This document shows positions 28,318 to 39,723 of a stretch of 64,000 nt of DNA, piece by piece. This DNA is from Gammaproteobacteria bacterium (GTDB lineage Bacteria > Pseudomonadota > Gammaproteobacteria > Ga0077536), in NCBI GenBank assembly GCA_019747795.1, contig JAIEQK010000018.1, forward strand, positions 415 through 64,414, read 5' to 3'. The position numbers were made by a program, and so were the translations under genes. The stretch's first letter is position 1; each line of letters starts with the position of its first letter. A model generated the notes under the pieces. That model saw nothing but the letters and a program-made list of their open reading frames with translations. It was not told the DNA's origin and did not search any database.

Positions 28318-28554
28318 TCAGTCCGCGAAATAGGCAGCCATGTTTTTCAGGTTGTACAACTTCGGGTAGTCGGCTTCCGGAATCTGACATCCCGTACGCT
28401 GACTCAGGGCGATGACCAGATTGAGGAAGTCCATGGAGTCCAGATCCAGGGCCTGACGCAGGTCGGAACTGTCATCCACTGCGCCGACATCGACCTCCGG
28501 GGCAATCTCGGCCAGCGCGTCGGCGACCATCGCGCGTATCTGCTGCTCGTTCAT
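28318..28554 (-). CDS. Stand-alone acyl/peptidyl carrier protein
   Basis: 78 aa with the phosphopantetheine attachment motif DLDSMDFLNLV. ATGA overlap with the upstream E2 gene. Confidence 0.85.
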   Translation of the reverse strand: MNEQQIRAMVADALAEIAPEVDVGAVDDSSDLRQALDLDSMDFLNLVIALSQRTGCQIPEADYPKLYNLKNMAAYFAD

Positions 28555-29750
28555 AGGGACTCCGGCGCATTGAGAAGACGTTCGATTTCGCTCAGAAACT
28601 GGCTTCCGAGGTGACCGTCGGAGACGCGATGATCCGCGGCCAGACTGACGCCAATGACCGGCTGTACCTGCACCTGGCCGGCCACTGCCCAGGGACGTTC
28701 GACAATCCTACCGAAACCGATCATGGCGACCTGGGGGGGATGAATGATGGGTTGCACCGTGTCGGCGCCGCGTTCGCCGAGACTCGTCACGGTGACGGTT
28801 GCGTCCACCATCTCCGACCTGCGCAGACCGCCTCTGCGTGCGCGTGCCACCACATCCCGCAGCGCTGACATAAGGGCATCGATGTTCAGCTTGTCGACGT
28901 CGTGAATCGCTGGCGCGACCAGGCCGCCGCCACGCAGGGCCACGGCCCAGCCGACGTGGATACCTTCACCAGCGCGAAAGGCGCCATCCTCATAGTAGCC
29001 ATTGAGGCTCGGTGCCTTGGTCAGCGCGAGACCGACGGCGCGTAACAAGAGTGCTGCTGGCAAGAGGCGCGCTTCGACGCTGCGGTTCTCGTTTGCGCGC
29101 CCGAGCCAATCGAGGGCGGCTGCCATCGAGATCTGCTGCCCCAGGTAGTAATGGGGTATCTCGCGCTTGGCGCGGGCCATGGCGGTGCCGATGACGCGGC
29201 GCATGGCCGCCGCGTCGAAGCCGCCGGCGCGTCTACCCCGGGACACGCCGCCGAGGCCGGCAAGGTCGGCCAGCAGGACGGCGCCACCGGGGCCGCTGCC
29301 GTGCAGCGTGGCGAGATCGAGGCCGAGGTCGGCGGCACGCTTGCGAGCCGCGGGGCTGGCGCGCTGATGGCCGGAGTCGGTTGCGCCCCGAGGCGCGCCC
29401 GCGTCGAGTCGAGCAGTGCTGACTGACGGCGGCTCCGGCCTGAACGCAGGTGCAGGAGCCACCGGCAAGGCTTGCGCCTTTGGAGTGTCAGGCGACGCCT
29501 GGTGTTCGCTTTCGCCCTTGGTGCGCAGCCGCGCCAGCACCGCGCCGACCGCCAGCTCCGTATCGAGGGGCGCGACCAGGGCCTCCACCACCGCGTCCTC
29601 GAATACTTCGATCTCGATCGCGCCCTTGTCGGTCTCCACCACGACGATCACGTCGCCACGACGCACCGCGTCTCCCGGTTTCACCAGCCACTCGACGACC
29701 CGCGCCGACTCCATGTCCGGCCCGAGGGAGGGCATCAGGAAATCGCTCAC
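28551..29750 (-). CDS. 2-oxoacid dehydrogenase E2 (dihydrolipoamide acyltransferase)
   Basis: 399 aa from GTG 29750 (GTGA overlap with the E1 beta stop). Lipoyl domain [13 protein letters not shown], subunit-binding domain ([25 protein letters not shown]) and catalytic DHRVSDGH. The 689-aa track ORF is read-through over E1 beta in another frame. Confidence 0.88.
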   Translation of the reverse strand: MSDFLMPSLGPDMESARVVEWLVKPGDAVRRGDVIVVVETDKGAIEIEVFEDAVVEALVAPLDTELAVGAVLARLRTKGESEHQASPDTPKAQALPVAPAPAFRPEPPSVSTARLDAGAPRGATDSGHQRASPAARKRAADLGLDLATLHGSGPGGAVLLADLAGLGGVSRGRRAGGFDAAAMRRVIGTAMARAKREIPHYYLGQQISMAAALDWLGRANENRSVEARLLPAALLLRAVGLALTKAPSLNGYYEDGAFRAGEGIHVGWAVALRGGGLVAPAIHDVDKLNIDALMSALRDVVARARRGGLRRSEMVDATVTVTSLGERGADTVQPIIHPPQVAMIGFGRIVERPWAVAGQVQVQPVIGVSLAADHRVSDGHLGSQFLSEIERLLNAPESL

Positions 29751-30727
29751 GCGGGACGTACCACCTGGCGCACGGCGGCCACGATGCGCTCGGCGTTGGG
29801 CAGCGCCGCCTGTTCGAGATGGGCGGCATAGGGCATCGGCACCTCCGCCGCGCACACTCGCGCGATCGGCGCATCGAGCTCGTAGAACACCGACTCCACC
29901 AGCCGGGCGCAGACCTCCGCGGCGAGGGAACCGCTCTTCCAGCCCTCGTCGACGATTACGCAGCGATGGGTGCGCGCGACCGACGCCGCCACCGTGCCCA
30001 TGTCCAGGGGACGCAGCACGCGCAGGTCGATCACTTCCGCCGAGATGCCGTCGCTCGCCAGGGTCTCGGCCGCCGCCAGTGCGCGGGGCAGGCTGCCGCC
30101 ATAGGTAATCACCGTGACGTCGTTGCCCGGCCGTCGGATCCTGGCGTGCGTGATGTCGACCCCCTCGAGGTGCTCGTCGACATCCCCCTCGACGTTGTAG
30201 AGCATGACGTGTTCGAACAGCAGCACCGGATTGGGATCGGCCAGCGCGGGCGCGAGCATGTGCCGCGCATCCTCGACAGTGGCGGGCGCGAGGATGCGCA
30301 GGCCCGGGATGTGCGCGTACCAGCCCTCGAGGGAATGGGAATGCTGGGCGGCGAGTTGCCGGCCGGCACCGGTCGCCATCCGGATCACCAGCGGCACCGC
30401 GAACTGTCCGCCGGACATGTGCGGAATGGTGGCCGCATTGTTCATGATCTGATCGAGCGCGAGCAGGCTGAAGTTGACGGTCATGATCTCGACTATCGGG
30501 CGCATGCCCGCCATGGCCGCGCCGATCCCGGCGCCGACGAATGCCGACTCCGACAGCGGGGTGTCGCGAATGCGTTCCGCGCCGAACTCCGCGCACAGGC
30601 CCTTGCTCACGGCGTAACACCCCCCGTAGGCGGCGATGTCCTCGCCCATCATGAACACGCGTGGGTCGGCCTGCAGCGCGGCGCGTATGGCCTGCTTGCA
30701 GGCTTCACGGTAGGTCATGGTCGTCAT
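29747..30727 (-). CDS. 2-oxoacid (pyruvate/acetoin-type) dehydrogenase E1 beta subunit
   Basis: 326 aa. MTYREA...[33 protein letters not shown] is typical of E1 beta. Confidence 0.9.
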   Translation of the reverse strand: MTTMTYREACKQAIRAALQADPRVFMMGEDIAAYGGCYAVSKGLCAEFGAERIRDTPLSESAFVGAGIGAAMAGMRPIVEIMTVNFSLLALDQIMNNAATIPHMSGGQFAVPLVIRMATGAGRQLAAQHSHSLEGWYAHIPGLRILAPATVEDARHMLAPALADPNPVLLFEHVMLYNVEGDVDEHLEGVDITHARIRRPGNDVTVITYGGSLPRALAAAETLASDGISAEVIDLRVLRPLDMGTVAASVARTHRCVIVDEGWKSGSLAAEVCARLVESVFYELDAPIARVCAAEVPMPYAAHLEQAALPNAERIVAAVRQVVRPA

Positions 30728-31709
30728 GCCGGCACCTCGTCCATGACGACGAAGCGTTCCAGGTCCTCGAGCGCTTCGAGGTGGCCGGCTTCGGCGAACT
30801 CGATGGCCGCCGTCACCTCCGCTTCGGCATCGGCCTCGAGTCTTGCGACTTCATCGTCGAACGCCAGGTGGCTGTTCTCCAGCCAGGACTGAAAGCGCAG
30901 GATGGGACTGCGCTGCTTCCAGGCCTCGACCTCCGCTTTGTCACGATAAAGCTGGGCATCGAACATGGAGTGGGCGCGGGTACGATAGGTGCGGCATTCC
31001 AGGAACTGTGGTCCGCCACCGGCGCGCAGGGCGGCTACCGCGCGGCGCGCAGCCAGTTCCACCGCGATGACGTCGTTGCCGTCCACCGCTTCGCTCGCGA
31101 CGCCGTAGCTGGCCGCCTTGGCGTGAATGTCGGTGACGCTTTCGGCGTGTGCCAGCGCGGTCCCCATCGAGTAAAGATTGTTCTCGCACACGAACAGCAC
31201 GGGCAGTCGCCAGAGGGCGGCGAGATTCAGGCTCTCGTGGAATTCACCCTCGTCGACCGCGCCTTCGCCGAAGAAGCAGGCCGACACCGCGTCACGACCC
31301 TGCATCGTGTCGCCGAGCGCCGTGCCGACAGCCAGCGGCAGACCGCCGCCGACGATGGCGTTGCCGCCGATGAAGCGCAGCGCTCGGTCGAAGAAGTGCA
31401 TGGAACCGCCCCGACCACGGCAACACCCTTCGACCTTGCCGTAGAGTTCGGCCATCAGGCGGTTCATGGGGACGCCGCGGGCAATGGCCTGGCCGTGTTC
31501 GCGGTAGGTGGCAATCACCGCATCCTGCGGGGCAAGCGTTGCCATCACACCGACTGCGATCGCTTCCTCGCCGTCGTAGAGATGCAGGAAGCCACGAATC
31601 TTCTCCCGCTGGTAGAGTTCGGCGCAGCGTCGCTCGAACACGCGAATACGCACCATCTGCGCAAGCAAGCGCAACAGGTGCTGGTGGTCCAGGTGGAGTT
31701 TGTCGCCGC

Positions 31710-31713
<4 letters not shown>
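30724..31713 (-). CDS. 2-oxoacid (pyruvate/acetoin-type) dehydrogenase E1 alpha subunit, TPP-dependent
   Basis: 329 aa from ATG 31713. Contains [11 protein letters not shown] and the TPP motif [35 protein letters not shown] overlaps at both ends. Confidence 0.9.
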
Positions 31714-33509
<1,796 letters not shown>

Positions 33510-33699
33510 GCTCGCCTGACCTCGACACGGCGCGTGGCAAAGGTAATGAAGCGCATTACAGCGGTCGGGCACTCACCTCATCTTGATCCCGGTCAGCCGT
33601 CATCCCAGGGCGCGCGGCCGGCGGCCGCTCCGAGGCGGCGGGAACGCCCCGCACACACGGGTAATGGTCGGTTGGGATCGTCTGGCGGTCCTGGACACA

Positions 33700-34887
33700 T
33701 CACATGCCGCGGTGACGCCTGCGCCAGGCATCGAGGCGATCGAAAGCGCGGTCGATGTCTTGTTCACTGACGCAGAAGGCCATGCGCACGTGGTGCTCGC
33801 CAGCCGGCCCGAAGCCCGCGCCCGGCGTGACAGCGACACCCGCCTCGGCGAGCAGCCGCAGCGCGAATTCGCGGCTGTCGTGGTGGCTGGCCACGATACG
33901 GGGAAAGACATAGTAGGCGCCCTGCGGGCGGCAATAGGCGAACAGTTCGTGCATCGCGTCTAGACGCGCGCATATCTGGTCGCGACGCGCCGCGATCACG
34001 CGCGCGCATTCCTGGCGATGGGCCTGGCCCAGGCGCAGTGCTGCGAGCCCCGCCACCTGGCTCACACGCGGCGCGCAGATGAGTTCCGCGTCATGCACCT
34101 TGACGGCCTCGCGCTTCAATTCTTCGGGCAGGACCATGTAGCCCAGCCGCCAGCCCGTCATGGCATAGGCCTTGGAGAAGGTGAACATGTACACGACACG
34201 GTCACCCCATTCGGGTTCGCTGCTCAGATTGAACAACGGCGTGGACCGATCGTGGACGAAGTCCGAATAGGGGTCGTCCAGGAGGATGAGAAAGTCGTGT
34301 CGTCGCGCCAGCGCGGCGAGCGCCAGCAGATCGTCGCGAGCGAAGATCCGGCCTGTCGGGTTGGACGGGTTGACCAGAATGACAGCGCGCGTGCGCCTGT
34401 TCACCAGGGCAGGGAGTGCGTCCATGTCGAGTTGCCAATGGCGCGCTTCGTCCAGGCGCCAGTAGCGCGGCACGCCGCCGGCGAGTTCGATCTGCTGTAC
34501 GTGGGAGCAGAAGCCGGGGTCTGTGACGATCACCTCGTCGCCGGCTTCCAGCAGCACTTTCAGCATCGTGCTCATGGCCTGCATGTTGCCCGCGGTCACC
34601 AGGACCTGACGGTCCGGGTCCACCAGCACGCCGGTTGCCTCGTGGTGGCGCGCCGCGATCGCCGCGCGCAGTTCGACGATGCCGTCGGGCAACGAGTAGC
34701 GGCCGATATCCGGGTCCTGATCAAGTGCCTCGCTGACCGCCGCGCGTATCGGTGCGGGCGTCGCGAACGAGGGTACGCCCCAGGCGAGCGACACCGCGTC
34801 CGGCGTATGCGCGGCGCGCACCGCCATGTCCTTGATGACCGATGGTTCCATGCCCGCAACCGTGGCCGCGACCCGGCATCGATTCAT
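33700..34887 (-). CDS. Class I/II PLP-dependent aminotransferase
   Basis: 395 aa from ATG 34887, after GGAAGGAAG. Contains NPSNPTG and the PLP-lysine motif TFSKAYAMTGWRLGY. Confidence 0.85.
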   Translation of the reverse strand: MNRCRVAATVAGMEPSVIKDMAVRAAHTPDAVSLAWGVPSFATPAPIRAAVSEALDQDPDIGRYSLPDGIVELRAAIAARHHEATGVLVDPDRQVLVTAGNMQAMSTMLKVLLEAGDEVIVTDPGFCSHVQQIELAGGVPRYWRLDEARHWQLDMDALPALVNRRTRAVILVNPSNPTGRIFARDDLLALAALARRHDFLILLDDPYSDFVHDRSTPLFNLSSEPEWGDRVVYMFTFSKAYAMTGWRLGYMVLPEELKREAVKVHDAELICAPRVSQVAGLAALRLGQAHRQECARVIAARRDQICARLDAMHELFAYCRPQGAYYVFPRIVASHHDSREFALRLLAEAGVAVTPGAGFGPAGEHHVRMAFCVSEQDIDRAFDRLDAWRRRHRGM

Positions 34888-35153
34888 CTCGCTGCTTCCT
34901 TCCTGGCTTATGCCGCCACACACTCTAGGCCACTGCGGCGAGGAGAAGCTGTCGCCGGTCAAGCAGCGGGGGGACCCAGGTCCACGGTGGCCGAAGCCCG
35001 GAGGGAGTGCGTGGCGGGGCGGGTTCGGCCGAGGGAGGCGGCACCCCGGCGCGGCCTGGAGGTATCGACGGCGGGTCTGACCTTGATCAGCACCGCGCGG
35101 GGCGCGCTTGCCTACCGTGACCGACGTCATTTCCCCATACGGAGGTCTTCTCG

Positions 35154-36773
35154 ATGGCATTCCGAAAGATGACTTTTGGTTCCGCCGCGCGAGAGAAGGT
35201 CATGCGCGGTGCCACCGCGCTCGCCGACGCGGTGCGTGTCACGCTTGGGCCTCGGTCTAAATCGGTGCTGATCGAACGCAGCTTCGGCAAACCCATCGTG
35301 TGCAACGACGGCGTCACGATCGCCAAGGAAATCAATCTCGAGGATCGCGAGGAGAATCTCGGCGCGCAGATGGTGCGGGAAGCCGCTGAACGCACCGGCG
35401 ACGCGGTCGGCGACGGGACGAGCACCGCGACCGTGCTGGCCCACGCGATCTACGCCGACGGCGTGCGCAATGTCACGGCCGGGGCCAGCGCCATCGACTT
35501 GAAACGCGGGCTCGACGCCGCGCTCAAGGTCGCGGTCGAATCGCTGCGAGGATTGTCGCGGCCGGTCGCAACGCGCATCGAGCGTGCCCAGGTCGCGACC
35601 ATTTCGGCGCACAACGAGCCAGCGATAGGCGAGATCGTTGCCGAAGCGGTGGAGAAAGTGGGGCAGGAGGGCGTGATCACGGTGGAGGAGGCGAAGACCA
35701 CCGACACGCAGCTCGAGACGGTCGAAGGCATGCAGTTCGACCGGGGTTTCATCTCTCCGTACTTCGTCACCGACACGGAGAAGATGGAGGCGGTGCTGGA
35801 AGACCCGCTGATATTGATTTCCGATCGCAAGATCACTCACCTGAAAGACTTTCTGCCCCTGCTCGAGGAGATCGCCAAGGGCGCGCGCGCGTTGGTGGTC
35901 ATCGCCGAAGACATCGATGGCGAGGCGCTCGCGACGCTGGTGGTGAACCGCATCCGCGGTGTCTTCAGCTGCGTGGCGGTCAAGGCGCCCGGCTTCGGCG
36001 ACCGACGCAAGGCGATGCTGGGCGATATCGGCATCCTGACCGGGGCCACGGTGATCACCGAAGAACTCGGGCTGTCACTGGAGAAGTGCTCGCTCGCCGA
36101 TCTCGGTGGCGCGGAGCGGGTGGTGGTCAGCAAGGACCACACCACCATCATCGGCGGCAAGGGCGACAAGGCGACCATCGAAGGCCGGTGCAACGAACTG
36201 CGCCGGCAGATCAAGGACAGCAGTTCGGACTACGACCGGGAGAAGCTCGAGGAACGTCTCGCCAAGCTGGCGGGCGGCGTGGCCGTGATCCGGGTCGGTG
36301 CGCCCTCGGAAGCGGAGATGAAGGCGCGCAAGGATGCGTTCGACGACGCCATCGCTGCGACCCGGGCAGCGAGCGAGGAAGGCATCGTGCCCGGCGGCGG
36401 CCTCGCCCTGCTGCGCGCCATTCCGGCCGTCGAGAACGCCGCGGCCCAGGAGGAAGGCGATTTCCGCACGGGCATGCTCATTCTGCGCAATGCGCTCGAA
36501 TCGCCGGCGCGCACCATCGCGCAGAACTCCGGCGTCGACGGCGGCGTAGTGGTCAATGCCATGCGCCAGAGCCAGGGCGCCGAAGGGTATGACGCCTCCT
36601 GCGGCAAGTACCTCGACCTGATGGCGGCGGGTATCATCGATCCGACCAAGGTGGTGCGGGTCGCGTTGGAGAATGCCGTGTCGGTCGCGAGCGTGCTGTT
36701 GTTGACCGAGGCCACCATGGTCGAGGTCAAGGACCCCGCCGAGCATACGCGTCTCCCTGCAGACGGCATGTAG
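35154..36773 (+). CDS. groEL: Chaperonin GroEL/Cpn60 paralogue; no adjacent groES and no C-terminal GGM tail
   Basis: 539 aa with [38 protein letters not shown] and [10 protein letters not shown]. Ends ...RLPADGM. Confidence 0.9.
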   Translation: MAFRKMTFGSAAREKVMRGATALADAVRVTLGPRSKSVLIERSFGKPIVCNDGVTIAKEINLEDREENLGAQMVREAAERTGDAVGDGTSTATVLAHAIYADGVRNVTAGASAIDLKRGLDAALKVAVESLRGLSRPVATRIERAQVATISAHNEPAIGEIVAEAVEKVGQEGVITVEEAKTTDTQLETVEGMQFDRGFISPYFVTDTEKMEAVLEDPLILISDRKITHLKDFLPLLEEIAKGARALVVIAEDIDGEALATLVVNRIRGVFSCVAVKAPGFGDRRKAMLGDIGILTGATVITEELGLSLEKCSLADLGGAERVVVSKDHTTIIGGKGDKATIEGRCNELRRQIKDSSSDYDREKLEERLAKLAGGVAVIRVGAPSEAEMKARKDAFDDAIAATRAASEEGIVPGGGLALLRAIPAVENAAAQEEGDFRTGMLILRNALESPARTIAQNSGVDGGVVVNAMRQSQGAEGYDASCGKYLDLMAAGIIDPTKVVRVALENAVSVASVLLLTEATMVEVKDPAEHTRLPADGM

Positions 36774-36876
36774 ATCGCCGCCGGACCCGTGGGGCGCGAC
36801 GCCCAGATAGGGCAGCGGGCGACCGCAGCAGTCACGCGCCCCGCCCGGCGCCGCGCCGGGCGTGGCGCGGGGCCCA

Positions 36877-38625
36877 TCAGCCGCGCCGTGCGGTCCCCCC
36901 GCGGATCACGCGGCCCGGCCGGACCCCGGTCAGTTCACCGTCAGCCTGCACGCACTGACCGCGCACATAGGTGCCGACGTAGCCGCTGGCGCGACACAGC
37001 ATGCGCTGCTGGCCGGCCGGCAGGTCGTAGGCCATGTAGGGCGTGCCGGAGCCGAGACGCGTCATGTCGATGAGATTGAGATCGGCGCGACGCCCGGGTT
37101 CGAGCACGCCGCGATCGTTGAGGCCATACAGGCGCGCGTTGTCGCCGGTCAGCTTGCGCACCAGGAACTCGAGCGGCAGACGCTGCGGATCGTCGACATC
37201 GCGGTCGCGATACCAGTGGGTCAGCACGTAGGTGTGCACACCGCCGTCGCAGATGAAGCGGCAATGCGCGCCGGCGTCGCTCAGGCCCAGCACCGATAGC
37301 GGATGGCGCAGCATCTCGTGCACTGCATTGGCCGTACCGTCGGAATAGCCGACGAGAGTATGGACCAGGATCGCATTGCCCTCGTTCTCGAGCAGGCGAT
37401 CGTAGGCGACTTCCCATGGGCTCCTGCCCTCACGCCTGGCGATCGCGGCCACGCTCGAACCCGCGTCGGGCATGTAGCTGAGCGGCTCGCTCGCGACGAA
37501 CGTGGTGTCCCACAACAGTGGGCTCTTGTAGAGCAGCGAGAAACCGGTGTCGTGGGGATCCTGCTCCGCGAGGAGACGCGCGCGCAGGCCGGGTTCGGCC
37601 ATGCGGCGCACGCGCTCGGCGGGCGGCAGGTCGGCGATCTCGGCGTAGCTCGGCATAAAGCGCCACGGATGTTCGCCCGCCATCGAGAACAGGATGGGAA
37701 TCGGACGTCCGGCGACCTGCGGCGTGATCACCAGCCCGGCGCGCGCCGCGTCCTCGGAGACCGCGAGCTGACGGCGCCACTGACCGGGATCGGTGTTGTT
37801 CTGCGCGAGCAGGTACATCAAGGGGCAGCGCGAACGCTCGGCGACCTCGCGCAGGATGCGCATGTCGCGATTGAGTCCCTCTACATCCTCGCCGGCGGCA
37901 CCGGTGAGCACCATCTCCATCAACCCGTGTCCGCTGTCCCTGACCGCGCCGGCCAGCGCGCAGAGTTCTGCGCTGTCGGCGAACGTCCCGGGCACGGGCA
38001 CGCCGTCGACGTCGATGTGCACCGCGGTGCGCGAGGTGGTGAAGCCGAGGGCGCCGGCGGCCATGCCCTCGCGAATGAGCAGGGCCATGCGCCGCAGGTC
38101 ATCTGCGCTCGCGGCCTCGTTGCTCGCGCCCCGTTCACCCATCACGTAGCACCGCAGCGCGCCATGCGTGAGCTGCGTGCCGATGTCGATGGTGCGCGGC
38201 ATGCGGTCCAGCGCATCGATGTATTGCGGGAAGGTCTCCCACTGCCACTGCATGCCGGCGCGCAGCGACACGCCGGGGATGTCTTCGACGCCTTCCATGA
38301 GCCCGATCAGCCAGTCGTGCCGGTCGGGCGCCGCGGGCGCGAAGCCGACGCCACAGTTGCCGAGCACGGCGGAAGTCACGCCATGCCAGGTCGACTGCAG
38401 CAGTTCCGGATCCCAGGTCACCTGCGCGTCGTAGTGCGTGTGGATATCGACCCAGCCCGGGGTGACGGTGAGGCCGGCGGCATCGATGGTCTGGGCGGCG
38501 CTGCCGAGCCCGCGCCCGATGGCGGCGATGTGACCATCGCTGATCGCGATGTCGGCGGTATACGCGGCGTGGCCCTTGCCATCGACCAGCGTGCCGCCGC
38601 GGATGAGGGTATCGAATGTCGGCAT
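36877..38625 (-). CDS. N-acyl-D-amino-acid deacylase family amidohydrolase
   Basis: 582 aa. MPTFDTLIRGGTLVDG...ADIAISDGHIAAIG...PGWVDIHTHYD, the metal-binding HxH of D-aminoacylase-type amidohydrolases. Confidence 0.8.
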   Translation of the reverse strand: MPTFDTLIRGGTLVDGKGHAAYTADIAISDGHIAAIGRGLGSAAQTIDAAGLTVTPGWVDIHTHYDAQVTWDPELLQSTWHGVTSAVLGNCGVGFAPAAPDRHDWLIGLMEGVEDIPGVSLRAGMQWQWETFPQYIDALDRMPRTIDIGTQLTHGALRCYVMGERGASNEAASADDLRRMALLIREGMAAGALGFTTSRTAVHIDVDGVPVPGTFADSAELCALAGAVRDSGHGLMEMVLTGAAGEDVEGLNRDMRILREVAERSRCPLMYLLAQNNTDPGQWRRQLAVSEDAARAGLVITPQVAGRPIPILFSMAGEHPWRFMPSYAEIADLPPAERVRRMAEPGLRARLLAEQDPHDTGFSLLYKSPLLWDTTFVASEPLSYMPDAGSSVAAIARREGRSPWEVAYDRLLENEGNAILVHTLVGYSDGTANAVHEMLRHPLSVLGLSDAGAHCRFICDGGVHTYVLTHWYRDRDVDDPQRLPLEFLVRKLTGDNARLYGLNDRGVLEPGRRADLNLIDMTRLGSGTPYMAYDLPAGQQRMLCRASGYVGTYVRGQCVQADGELTGVRPGRVIRGGTARRG

Positions 38626-38781
38626 GAAGGAACTCTCCCCGGTTGACCTGACGATGCGCGGCGCGACACCGAGACCTCCCCGAATCGGTCATTCGCGCCG
38701 GTTCCCGCAGCGCGAGAGCGCGAGAGGAACCGCATCGAGCCTAGGCAGGGCCGTCGGCAGATGCAAGGCGCATGTGCACGC

Positions 38782-39678
38782 CTACTCTTCCGGGTGTTCG
38801 AGTTGCTCGATGCTGCGCGGCCAGTCGTCCTTCAACAGGCGCGACAACGCCCGGTCGGCCAGCAGTCGCCCGCCGGTCTGGCAGCGTGGGCAATAGTTGG
38901 TCTCGTTGTCGACATAGCGGATGCGCTGGACCTGCGTGCCACAGTCGGGACAGGGCTGGCCGTAGCGGCCGTGCACGGCCATCTCCGGACGAAACGCCGT
39001 GACCTTGCCTGGAAACGCGCCGGCCGCTTCGTCGCGCAACCGCGCCAACCATTCGTCCAACACGGCGCGGGTGGCGTCGAACAGCCGCTCGAACGCCTGT
39101 TCGTCGAGGCGCGCGGTCAGGGCCACCGGCGACAGGCGCGCCCGATGCAGGATTTCATCGGAGTAGGCATTGCCGATGCCGCTCAGCAGGCGCGCGTCGG
39201 TCAGCGCGCGCTTGAGCGTGTGATTGCGTCGCGAGAGGGCCGCCCGGAACTGCGCCAGGGTGGCATCGCCAACTTCCAGGCCACCCGGATCGTGTGCGGC
39301 GAGTGCATCACGCCCACGCACGACATGCAGCGAGGCGCGCTTGCGCGTGCCCGCCTCGGTCAGGAGCAGCGTGCCGCTCGTGAAGCCGAGCACGAGCGCG
39401 GTCTGCCGCGTGATCTTCGCGGGCCACGCCTCCCGCCACTGCAGGCGCCCGGCGATCATGAGATGCGTGACGAACCAGAGGTCGTTGGAGAAACCGATGG
39501 CGATACGCTTGCCCAAGCGCTCGATCGCCGTTACTTCGGCGCCCACGGCCTCGCTCATACTCGGCTCGACGCTGCGCAGCAGGAACGGTGAGGCGACCCT
39601 GGCGCGCTCGAGACGCACGCCGCGGAGGCGCGACGTCAGTGCCTCGATGTAGAGCGTGATGTCCGGCAGTTCGGGCAT
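38782..39678 (-). CDS. Fpg/Nei-family DNA glycosylase/AP lyase
   Basis: Start set at MPELPD (catalytic Pro2/Glu3), 8 codons inside the track ORF. H2TH region (LLSGIGNAYSDEILHRARL) and a C-terminal zinc finger CPDCG...CPRCQ. Confidence 0.85.
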   Translation of the reverse strand: MPELPDITLYIEALTSRLRGVRLERARVASPFLLRSVEPSMSEAVGAEVTAIERLGKRIAIGFSNDLWFVTHLMIAGRLQWREAWPAKITRQTALVLGFTSGTLLLTEAGTRKRASLHVVRGRDALAAHDPGGLEVGDATLAQFRAALSRRNHTLKRALTDARLLSGIGNAYSDEILHRARLSPVALTARLDEQAFERLFDATRAVLDEWLARLRDEAAGAFPGKVTAFRPEMAVHGRYGQPCPDCGTQVQRIRYVDNETNYCPRCQTGGRLLADRALSRLLKDDWPRSIEQLEHPEE

Positions 39679-39723
39679 GGGATCAAGCCCGGCGTGCAAC
39701 ACGCGACGGCGAAGACCCGCCTC

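Noticed and set aside
28551-30620. A 689-aa giant E2 ORF. The same pattern applies to other N-terminally extended track ORFs (7460..9694, 30724..32871, 33700..35160, 40108..41577, 40806..42269, 50184..52391, 60202..61953 and 60621..62438).
   Set aside because: The extensions are stop-free read-through across the upstream gene in another frame. They are Arg/Pro/Gly-rich. Family-typical N-termini, RBSs and 4-nt start/stop overlaps identify internal starts.
35040-35153. A sigma32 heat-shock promoter (CTTGAT / CTTGCC ... CCCCATAC) or a CIRCE element in front of the groEL paralogue.
   Set aside because: The spacing between the -35-like and CCCCAT elements is 20 or 45 nt, against the expected 13-15 or so. 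CCCCATAC abuts the Shine-Dalgarno, leaving no leader. No TTAGCACTC-N9-GAGTGCTAA inverted repeat is present.
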